Source: Balanoglossus misakiensis (taxonomy: Eukaryota > Animalia > Hemichordata). Taken from it: a stretch of DNA of 64,000 bases. Every line of letters starts with the position of its first letter. Positions within the stretch are counted from its first letter, which is position 1. The notes beneath the pieces are model-generated. The model was not told the origin of the DNA. It saw nothing but the letters and a program-made list of their open reading frames with translations, and made no database searches. The position numbers and the translations under genes were made by a program. The stretch is from assembly GCA_040954595.2 (NCBI GenBank), contig CM082595.2, forward strand, positions 8,941,410 through 9,005,409, in the 5' to 3' direction. Below are positions 10,329-21,600 of the stretch, piece by piece.

Positions 10329-10437
10329 TCTTAATTAATGAGAACACAACACCGACAAACTGTATATATTGACTGAAGTGTCAAGAGTATTGGACAGAAG
10401 GCCAATTTTGCATTAGACTTGCAATGTTACTGATGTT

Positions 10438-11091
10438 CTAGTTCTCTGAGTGCATTGGAATGCTGTGTTTGTTCCAGGCTCCAAAGCAAAAGTTGACCAC
10501 AACAGATTCCCTGTTCATGTAGTATTTGACAATACACGGCTTTGTTTCTGTGCATATGACAGCCACTCGCTTTCCTTTGACCACTCTCGCCAGCACATTC
10601 TCCTTATCTTCCGGTCCGAGATTTCTGTCATCACAGCAACCTCTCCGCAGGACGTAAGTCAGCTTCAATAGGTTGGTAAAGGTCAAGGTTACGATGGCCT
10701 TGGACGTCTTCTCATGGATCCCAAAACTATTCCGAGTGGCGTCATGATGAAATACAGCAAACACTTCCTTGGGCATTTGTCTAGAAAAGCCGCTTTTCCA
10801 AGGCGATCTCAACGAAGGTGAGGCTGACAGGCGTGCGTGGAAACAACGCAGCCAGTGACCCATTTCACGTTGGAAAATAGGGAATACCGCAACATCTCGA
10901 TAACGAATTTTGTCTTTTGTAATCTTGTCGTTCCTCAGTAGAACCCTTTTGGCTGAATCGGACAATTCATCAAACAGGGAATGTACATGTATAACATCCA
11001 ACATACATTTTCGACGCAGAATTAATGACTTAGCAGCTCGTAATTTGCGCTGTATGATTTTCTCCGTATCAACCAACACGGCCGCCGCCAT
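10438..11091 (-). CDS. Intact single-exon 217-aa basic protein of unknown family; second gene of the transposon
   Basis: The 654-nt ORF is clearly more GC-rich than its flanks and has a strong start context (CAAGATGGCGGCG) 85 nt inside the right terminus. It is followed by an AT-rich tail with AATAAA. No recognisable motif, and no kelch GG repeats or PHD finger. Confidence 0.75.
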   Translation of the reverse strand: MAAAVLVDTEKIIQRKLRAAKSLILRRKCMLDVIHVHSLFDELSDSAKRVLLRNDKITKDKIRYRDVAVFPIFQREMGHWLRCFHARLSASPSLRSPWKSGFSRQMPKEVFAVFHHDATRNSFGIHEKTSKAIVTLTFTNLLKLTYVLRRGCCDDRNLGPEDKENVLARVVKGKRVAVICTETKPCIVKYYMNRESVVVNFCFGAWNKHSIPMHSEN

Positions 11092-11126
11092 CTTGGAAAA
11101 AGCGTTGCTACGGTGATGGCGGCAAT

Positions 11127-11175
11127 CGCGCTTCGCGGAATACTGCTCAAACTACAGTGGGTCTGGCCCGTAGTG
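11127..11175 (-). repeat. Right bipartite terminal inverted repeat
   Basis: The reverse complement reads CACTACGGGCCAGAC, a 14-nt spacer, GCAGTATT (11146-11139), then GCGCG. Confidence 0.85.
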
Positions 11176-12659
11176 TAACTTATACTTTATCTGTTCATCT
11201 TGAAGTACTATATATTTAAACGCCAATTTTCCATTGCCAATCAAGTTTTTACAAATAAATTGTAATATGCATGTTGATTTTACAAAAACTCCTTACTTCC
11301 AAGTGAATTCTGTTACACATCACGTAACTATTTTCCCCACGAATTCTTCAGTTGCTAACTCGGAAATTTCATATATTGGGCAGAAATTGGATACATTACC
11401 CAACCATTAAAATTACAGTTTTCTATTTTAATTGATCGTCCATAACTTCAAGTACTTTGACTTGACATACATTAAAAACATCATGGTGAATAAATAAAAA
11501 TTATTTGATTATCTAATTGTGCATGTTTACATGGTTTTATTTTAGTATGCTGGGTACTTAATGTCTAATGGCTCGCTGATTTTATACTGTTCAAGATGAC
11601 AATCTAATTTTAGTTTTCAGCTAATAATTGAAATCAATGATTCAAAAAAATTGAATTTTGACATGAATAAACTTCTTGTTCATGGCAGTTGCTGTGTTTT
11701 GTTTCATTTGTATTCAATTTTGCAAGCATACCATTGAGCACAGTTTGATTTGATTAAACACGTTTATCGGAAAATTTTGTCATTTGAAATATCTGTTTTT
11801 GCGCCCTCTACCATTTGACCAAATGATTCTCTTATTTTGGTGGCCTTTGTCTGTGTATATGAGAATACTATAGTACTCTCGCATCGATCATAGTAGAAGT
11901 TGAAAACGTCTCTTGCCACGTGGCCTGGAAGAAAGGCGATCTTTAGAGTAAAATAAAACAAACTATCCAGATAGGAAGCTAGAAAAGAAGTTGAATCGTT
12001 GAAATTTTATTTATTTTATATTGTTAATATCGTTGGTGATGTTGACTGGCCGACAATCTTTGCATACAGCAATATCTTTCAAGATAAATAATTTATGTCC
12101 TAAAGGTATTACTTTTAGTGGTCTGACGGAGATTTTTTCTGCTGTAACATGCAAAACCTGCGGCGGACCTGAGGTCATGTTGCGAACACTGTAGTTTTGT
12201 TACGCCCGCCATCCTTCGGACGTTTACCTCATCGGGGCTTCTTTGGGGAATCAGCCACGTCCGAAGGGTGAGAGTGTAAATTCTCTCCCTCTCCTTCTCC
12301 ACCCAACATATTCATAGAGTCAGAGAGAGGTACCCGGCATATCGTAAACTTAACGAGAGGCATAACGAGACTTTCAACAAGTTTTCCGAGTAACACAAAT
12401 AGTTCTGGTTTATTACTGGTCACACGTAAGAATTACACGACTCTATCCATGCTCGTTGACTCCCGTCACGGATCTCCGGTGATAATAATGTGATATCAAA
12501 TTTCACCACCTCTTATTAATACGTTAGTCAAGTATTATGTCATAAAAAGAACACGTCATCTTAATATTTCTTAAACATGAACTTAGCGCGTGATATCTCT
12601 ATCTCGTTCTGACATGTATCAATTACACAATCTTGTTTACTCTGAGTCAAGTACCTATG

Positions 12660-15600
12660 TTTTTTGATGATTTTCACCGATGTTTTTTTTTTCAAAAATC
12701 GACGAACCCATGATTTTTTTCAAAATCGACGAAATTTTGAGATTTTGCAAAGTCGAAAATTTTTCATTTTTTGATGATTTTCACCCATGATTTTTTTCAA
12801 AAATCGACGAACCCATGATTTTTTTCAAAATCGACGAAATTTTGAGATTTTGCAGTCTAAAATGTTTCATTTTTTGATGATTTTCACCCATGTTTTTTTT
12901 TCAAAAATCGACGAAATTTTGAGATTTGCAAAGTCGAACATTGGACATTTTGATGATTTTCACCCATTTTTTTTTCAAAAATCGACGAACCCATGATTTT
13001 TTTTCAAAATCGACGAAATTTTGAGATTTTGCAAAGTCGAAAATTTGTCATTTTTTGATGATTTTCATCCATGTTTTTTTTCACAATTCAACGAACCCAT
13101 GATTGTTTTCAAAATCGACGAAATTTTGAGATTTTGCAAGAACCCATGATTTTTTTCAAATTCGACGAAATTTTGAGATTTTGCACAGTCGAAAATTTGT
13201 CATTTTTTGATGATTTTCACCCATGATTTTTTGCAAAAATTGACGAACCCATGATTTTTTTCCAAAATCGACGAAATTTTGAGATTTTGCAAAATCAAAA
13301 ATTTGTCATTTTTTGATGATTTTCACCCATGTTTTTTTTTTTCAAAAATCGACGAAATTTTGAGATTTTGCAGTCGAAAATTTGTCATTTTTTGATGGTT
13401 TTCACCATGTTTTTTTAAAAAATCGACGAACCCGTGATTTTTTTCAAAATCGACGAAATTTTGAGATTTTGCAAAATCAAAAATTTGTCATTTTTTTGAT
13501 GATTTTCACCCATGATTTTTTTTCAAAAATCGACGAAATTTTGAGATTTTGCAGTCGAAAATTTGTCATTTTTTGATGATTTTCACCCATGATTTTTTTC
13601 AAAAATCGACGAACCCATAATTTTTTTCAAAATCGACGAAATTTTGAGATTTTGCAAAGTCGAAAATTTGTCATTTTTTGATGATTTTCACCCATGTTTT
13701 TTTTCAAAAATCGACGAACCCATGTTTTTTTTTCAAAAATCGACGATATTTTGAGATTTCGCAAAGTTGAAAATTTGACATTTGTTGATGATTTTCATGA
13801 GCTATAGCCAATGATTTTTTTTTTCAAAAATCGACGAAATTTTGAGATTTTGCAGTCGAAAATTTGTCATTTTGTTGATTTTCACCCATGTTTTTTTTAA
13901 ACAATCGACGAACCCATGATTTTTTTTCAAAATCGAAAATTTGTCATTTTTTGATGATTTTCACTCATGATTTTTTTTCAAAAATCGACGAACCCATAAT
14001 TTTTTTCAAAATCGACGAAATTTTGAGGTTTTGCAAAGTCGAAAATTTTTCATTTTTTGATGATTTTCACCCATGTTTTTTTTTAAAAATCAACGAACCC
14101 ATGATTTTTTTTCAAAATCGACGAAATTTTGAAATTTTGCAAAATCAAAAATTTGTCATTTTTTGATGATTTTCACCATGATTTTTTTCAAAAATCGACC
14201 AAATTTTGAGATTTTGCAGTCGAAAATTTTTAATTTTTGGATGATTTTCACCCATGATTTTTTCAAAAATCGACGAAATTTTGAGATTTTGCAAAATCGA
14301 AAATTTGTCATTTTTTGATGATTTTCACCCATGATTTTTTTTCAAAAATCGACGAACCCATAATTTTTTTCAAAATCGACGAAATTTTGAGATTTTGCAA
14401 AGTCGAAAATGTTTCATTTTTTGATGATTTTCACCCATGTTTTTTTTTCAAAAATTGACGAACCCATGTTTTTTTTCAAAAGTCGACGAAATTTTAAGAT
14501 TTTGCAGTCTTAAATTTGTCATTTTTTGATGGTTTTCACTCATGTTTTTTTAAAAAATCGACGAACCCGCGATTTTTTTTCAAAATCGACGAAATTTTGA
14601 GATTTTGCAAAATCAAAAATTTGTCATTTTTTTGATGATTTTCACCTATGATTTTTTTTCAAAAATCGACGAAATTTTGAGATTTTGCAGTCAAAAATGT
14701 TTCATTTTTTGATGATTTTCACCAATGTTTTTTTTTTTTCAAAAATCGACGAACGCATGTTTTTTTTCAAAAATCGACGAAATTTTGAGATTTTGCAGTC
14801 GAAAATTTGTCATTTTTTGATGGTTTTCACCCATGTTTTTCTAAAAAATCGACGAACCCGTGATTTTTTTTCAAAATCGACGAAATTTTGAGATTTTGCA
14901 AAATCAAAAATTTGTCATTTTTTTGATGATTTTCACCCATGATTTTTTTTCAAAAATCGACGAAATTTTGAGATTTTGCAGTCGAAAATTTGTCATTTTT
15001 TGATGATTTTCACCCATGATTTTTTTCAAAAATCGACGAACCCATAATTTTTTTCAAAATCGACGAAATATTGAGATTTTGCAAAGTCGAAAATTTGTCA
15101 TTTTTTGATGATTTTCACCCATGTTTTTTTTCAAAAATCGACGAACCCATGTTTTTTTTTCAAAAATCGACGATATTTTGAGATTTCGCAAAGTTGAAAA
15201 TTTGACATTTGTTGATGATTTTCATGAGCTATAGCCAATGATTTTTTTTTTCAAAAATCGACGAAATTTTGAGATTTTGCAGTCGAAAATTTGTCATTTT
15301 GTTGATTTTCACCCATGTTTTTTTTTAAACAATCGACGAACCCATGATTTTTTTTCAAAATCGACGAACTTTTGAGATTTTGCAAAATCGAAAATTTGTC
15401 ATTTTTTGATGATTTTCACTCATGATTTTTTTTCAAAAATCGACGAAGCCATAATTTTTTTCAAAATCGACGAAATTTTGAGGTTTTGCAAAGTCGAAAA
15501 TTTTTCATTTTTTGATGATTTTCACCCATGTTTTTTTTTAAAAATCAACGAACCCATGATTTTTTTTCAAAATCGACGAAATTTTGAAATTTTGCAAAAT

Positions 15601-18600
15601 CAAAAATTTGTCATTTTTTGATGATTTTCACCATGATTTTTTTCAAAAATCGACCAAATTTTGAGATTTTGCAGTCGAAAATTTTTAATTTTTTGATGAT
15701 TTTCACCCATGTTTTTTTTTCAAAAATCGACGAACCCATGATTTTTTTCGAAATCGACGAAATTTTGAGATTTTGCAGTCGAAAATTTGTCATTTTTTGA
15801 TGATTTTCACCCATGATGTTTTTCAAAAATCGACGAACCCATAATTTTTTTCAAAATCGACGAAATTTTGAGATTTCGCAAAGTTGAAAATTTGACATTT
15901 GTTGATGATTTTCATGAGCTATAGCCCATGATTTTTTTTTCAAAAATCGACGAACCCATGTTTTTTTTTTCAAAAATCGACGATATTTTGAGATTTCGCA
16001 AAGTTGAAAATTTGACATTTGTTGATGATTTTCATGAGCTATAGCCCATGATTTTTTTTTTCAAAAATCGACGAAATTTTGAGATTTGCAAAGTCGAACA
16101 TTGGTCATTTTGATGATTTTCACCCATTTTTTTTTTCAAAAATCGACGAACCCATGATTTTTTTTCAAAATCGACGAAATTTTGAGATTTTGCAAAGTCG
16201 AAAATTTGTCATTTTTTGATGATTTTCATCCATGTTTTTTTTCACAATTCAACGAACCCATGATTGTTTTCAAAATCGACGAAATTTTGAGATTTTGAAA
16301 GAACCCATGATTTTTGTCAAAAATCGACGAAATTTAGAGATTTTGCAGTCGAAAATTTGTCATTTTTTGATGGTTTTCACCCATGTTTTTCTAAAAAATC
16401 GACGAACCCGTGATTTTTTTCAAAATCGACGAAATTTTGAGATTTTGCAAAATCAAAAATTTGTCATTTTTTTGATGATTTTCACCCATGATTTTTTTTC
16501 AAAAATCGACGAAATTTTGAGATTTTGCAGTCGAAAATTTGTCATTTTTTGATGATTTTCACCCATGATTTTTTTCAAAAATCGACGAACCCATAATTTT
16601 TTTCAAAATCGACGAAATTTTGAGATTTTGCAAAGTCGAAAATTTGTCATTTTTTGATGATTTTCACCCATGTTTTTTTTCAAAAATCGACGAACCCATG
16701 TTTTTTTTTCAAAAATCGTCGATATTTTGAGATTTCGCAAAGTTGAAAAGTTGACATTTGTTGATGATTTTCATGAGCTATAGCCAATGATTTTTTTTTT
16801 CAAAAATCGACGAAATTTTGAGATTTTGCAGTCGAAAATTTGTCATTTTGTTGATTTTCACCCATGTTTTTTTTAAACAATCGACGAACCCATGATTTTT
16901 TTTCAAAATCGACGAACTTTTGAGATTTTGCAAAATCGAAAATTTGTCATTTTTTGATGATTTTCACTCATGATTTTTTTTCAAAAATCGACGAACCCAT
17001 AATTTTTTTCAAAATCGACGAAATTTTGAGGTTTTGCAAAGTCGAAAATTTTTCATTTTTTGATGATTTTCACCCATGTTTTTTTTTAAAAATCAACGAA
17101 CCCATGATTTTTTTTCAAAATCGACGAAATTTTGAAATTTTGCAAAATCAAAAATTTGTCATTTTTTGATGATTTTCACCATGATTTTTTTCAAAAATCG
17201 ACCAAATTTTGAGATTTTGCAGTCGAAAATTTTTAATTTTTTGATGATTTTCACCCATGTTTTTTTTTCAAAAATCGACGAACCCATGATTTTTTTCGAA
17301 ATCGACGAAATTTTGAGATTTTGCAGTCGAAAATTTGTCATTTTTTGATGATTTTCACCCATGATTTTTTTCAAAAATCGACGAACCCATAATTTTTTTC
17401 AAAATCGACGAAATTTTGAGATTTCGCAAAGTTGAAAATTTGACATTTGTTGATGATTTTCATGAGCTATAGCCCATGATTTTTTTTTCAAAAATCGACG
17501 AACCCATGTTTTTTTTTTCAAAAATCGACGATATTTTGAGATTTCGCAAAGTTGAAAATTTGACATTTGTTGATGATTTTCATGAGCTATAGCCCATGAT
17601 TTTTTTTTTCAAAAATCGACGAAATTTTGAGATTTGCAAAGTCGAACATTGGTCATTTTGATGATTTTCACCCATTTTTTTTTTTCAAAAATCGACGAAC
17701 CCATGATTTTTTTTCAAAATCGACGAAATTTTGAGATTTTGCAGCCGAAAATTTATCATTTTTTGATGATTTTCACCCATGATTTTTTTTTCAAATTCGA
17801 CAAAATTTTGAGATTTTGCAAAGTCGAAAATTTGTCATTTTTTGATGATTTTCACCCATGTTTTTTAAAAAATCAACGAACCCATGATTTTTTTCAAAAT
17901 CAACGAAATTTTGAGATTTTGCAAAATCAAAAATTTGTCATTTTTTGATTATTTTCACCATGATTTTTTTCAAAAATCGACCAAATTTTGAGATTTTGCA
18001 GTCGAAAATTTTTAATTTTTTGATGATTTTCACCCATGTTTTTTTTTCAGAAATCGACGAACCCATGATTTATTTCGAAATCGACGAAATTTTGAGATTT
18101 TGCAGCCGAAAATTTGTCATTTTTTGATGATTTTCACCCATGATTTTTTTTCAAAAATCGACGAACCCATAATTTTTTTCAAAATCGACGAAATTTTGAG
18201 ATTTCGCAAAGTTGAAAATTTGACATTTGTTGATGATTTTCATGAGCTATAGCCCATGATTTTTTTTTTCAAAAATCGACGAAATTTTGAGGTTTTGCAA
18301 AGTCGAAAATTTTTCATTTTTTGATGATTTTCACCCATGTTTTTTTTTAAAAATCAACGAACCCATGATTTTTTTTCAAAATCGACGAAATTTTGAAATT
18401 TTGCAAAATCAAAAATTTGTCATTTTTTGATGATTTTCACCATGATTTTTTTTCAAAAATCTACCAAATTTTGAGATTTTGCAGTCGAAAATTTGTCATT
18501 TTTTGATGATTTTCACCCATGATTTTTTTCAAAAATCGACGAACCCATAATTTTTTTCAAAATCGACGAAATTTTGAGATTTCGCAAAGTTGAAAATTTG

Positions 18601-21600
18601 ACATTTGTTGATGATTTTCATGAGCTATAGCCCATGATTTTTTTTTCAAAAATCGACGAACCCATGTTTTTTTTTTCAAAAATCGACGATATTTTGAGAT
18701 TTCGCAAAGTTGAAAATTTGACATTTGTTGATGATTTTCATGAGCTATAGCCCATGATTTTTTTTTTTTAAAATCGACGAAATTTTGAGATTTGCAAAGT
18801 CGAACATTGGTCATTTTGATGATTTTCACCCATTTTTTTTTTTCAAAAATCGACGAACCCATGATTTTTTTTCAAAATCGACGAAATTTTGAGATTTTGC
18901 AAAGTCGAAAATTTGTCATTTTTTGATGATTTTCATCCATGTTTTTTTTCACAATTCAACGAACCCATGATTGTTTTCAAAATCGACGAAATTTTGAGAT
19001 TTTGCAAGAACCCATGATTTTTGTCAAAAATCGACGAAATTTTGAGATTTTGCAGTCGAAAATTTGTCATTTTTTGATGGTTTTCACCCATGTTTTTCTA
19101 AAAAATCGACGAACCCGTGATTTTTTTTCAAAATCGACGAAATTTTGAGATTTTGCAAAATCAAAAATTTGTCATTTTTTTGATGATTTTCACCCATGAT
19201 TTTTTTTCAAAAATCGACGAAATTTTGAGATTTTGCAGTCGAAAATTTGTCATTTTTTGATGATTTTCACACATGATTTTTTTCAAAAATCGACGAACCC
19301 ATAATTTTTTTCAAAATCGACGAAATTTTGAGATTTTGCAAAGTCGAAAATTTGTCATTTTTTGATGATTTTCATCCATGTTTTTTTTCAAAAATCGACG
19401 AACCCATGTTTTTTTTTCAAAAATCGACGATATTTTGAGATTTCGCAAAGTTGAAAATTTGACATTTGTTGATGATTTTCATGAGCTATAGCCAATGATT
19501 TTTTTTTTCAAAAATCGACGAAATTTTGAGATTTTGCAGTCGAAAATTTGTCATTTTGTTGATTTTCACCCATGTTTTTTTTTAACAATCGACGAACCGA
19601 TGATTTTTTTTCAAAATCGACGAACTTTTGAGATTTTGCAAAATCGAAAATTTGTCATTTTTTGATGATTTTCACTCCTGATTTTTTTTCAAAAATCGAC
19701 GAACCCATAATTTTTTTCAAAATCGACGAAATTTTGAGGTTTTGCAAAGTCGAAAATTTTTCATTTTTTGATGATTTTCACCCATGTTTTTTTTTAAAAA
19801 TCAACGAACCCATGATTTTTTTTCAAAATCGACGAAATTTTGAAATTTTGCAAAATCAAAAATTTGTCATTTTTTGATGATTTTCACCATGATTTTTTTC
19901 AAAAATCGACCAAATTTTGAGATTTTGCAGTCGAAAATTTTTAATTTTTTGATGATTTTCACCCATGATTTTTTTCAAAAATCGACGAACCCATAACTTT
20001 TTCAAAATCGACGAAATTTTGAGATTTCGCAAAGTTGAAAATTTGACATTTGTTGATGATTTTCATGAGCTATAGCCCATGATTTTTTTTTCAAAAATCG
20101 ACGAACCCATGTTTTTTTTTTCAAAAATCGACGATATTTTGAGATTTCGCAAAGTTGAAAATTTGACATTTGTTGATGATTTTCATGAGCTATAGCCCAT
20201 GATTTTTTTTTTCAAAAATCGACGAAATTTTGAGATTTGCAAAGTCGAACATTGGTCATTTTGATGATTTTCACCCATTTTTTTTTTCAAAAATCGACGA
20301 ACCCATGATTTTTTTTCAAAATCGACGAAATTTTGAGATTTTGCAAAGTCGAAAATTTGTCATTTTTTGATGATTTTCATCCATGTTTTTTTTCACAATT
20401 CAACGAACCCATGATTGTTTTCAAAATCGACGAAATTTTGAGATTTTGAAAGAACCCATGATTTTTGTCAAAAATCGACGAAATTTTGAGATTTTGCAGT
20501 CGAAAATTTGTCATTTTTTGATGGTTTTCACCCATGTTTTTCTAAAAAATCGACGAACCCGTGATTTTTTTTCAAAATCGACGAAATTTTGAGATTTTGC
20601 AAAATCAAAAATTTGTCATTTTTTTGATGATTTTCACCCATGATTTTTTTTCAAAAATCGACGAAATTTTGAGATTTTGCAGTCGAAAATTTGTCATTTT
20701 TTGATGATTTTCACCCATGATTTTTTTCAAAAATCGACGAACCCATAATTTTTTTCAAAATCGACGAAATTTTGAGATTTTGCAAAGTCGAAAATTTGTC
20801 ATTTTTTGATGATTTTCACCCATGTTTTTTTTCAAAAATCGACGAACCCATGTTTTTTTTTCAAAAATCGACGATATTTTGAGATTTCGCAAAGTTGAAA
20901 ATTTGACATTTGTTGATGATTTTCATGAGCTATAGCCAATGATTTTTTTTTTCAAAAATCGACGAAATTTTGAGATTTTGCAGTCGAAAATTTGTCATTT
21001 TGTTGATTTTCACCCATGTTTTTTTTAAACAATCGACGAACCCATGATTTTTTTTCAAAATCGACGAACTTTTGAGATTTTGCAAAATCGAAAATTTGTC
21101 ATTTTTTGATGATTTTCACTCATGATTTTTTTTCAAAAATCGACGAACCCATAATTTTTTTCAAAATCGACGAAATTTTGAGGTTTTGCAAAGTCGAAAA
21201 TTTTTCATTTTTTGATGATTTTCACCCATGTTTTTTTTTAAAAATCAACGAACCCATGATTTTTTTTCAAAATCGACGAAATTTTGAAATTTTGCAAAAT
21301 CAAAAATTTGTCATTTTTTGATGATTTTCACCATGATTTTTTTTCAAAAATCGACCAAATTTTGAGATTTTGCAGTCGAAAATTTTTAATTTTTTGATGA
21401 TTTTCACCCATGTTTTTTTTTCAAAAATCGACGAACCCATGATTTTTTTCGAAATCGACGAAATTTTGAGATTTTGCAGTCGAAAATTTGTCATTTTTTG
21501 ATGATTTTCACCCATGATTTTTTTCAAAAATCGACGAACCCATAATTTTTTTCAAAATCGACGAAATTTTGAGATTTCGCAAAGTTGAAAATTTGACATT

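Larger units (their letters stand above)
5805..11175. mobile_element. Full-length 5,371-bp two-gene DNA transposon of the RAG/Transib/Chapaev (CMC-related) group
   Basis: The termini are CACTGCGGCCCAAAC (5805) and the reverse complement CACTACGGGCCAGAC (11175), 12/15 identical. A second identical block, GCAGTATT, sits at offsets 30-37 from both ends. TAA flanks both sides (5802-5804 and 11176-11178). The element encloses a DDE transposase gene (+) and a convergent 217-aa ORF (-). Confidence 0.88.

Noticed and set aside
7388-10671. Antisense and alternative-frame ORFs overlapping the two transposon genes
   Set aside because: They are shadow ORFs of the real coding frames and have no motifs.
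5888-11091. Calling the two genes RAG1L and RAG2L
   Set aside because: There is no 5-bp TSD (AATAA vs TAACT), no RING or ZnB ligands, and the partner has no kelch or PHD signature. The similarity is at superfamily level only.
11087-11095. GCCATCTTG, matching the second block of ProtoRAG TIRs
   Set aside because: It has the wrong orientation and distance relative to the terminus and no counterpart at the left end. It is better explained as the YY1-like start context of the 217-aa ORF.
12093-12480. Possible degraded exon on the minus strand next to the satellite
   Set aside because: The frames are short, broken by stops and show no identifiable motif.
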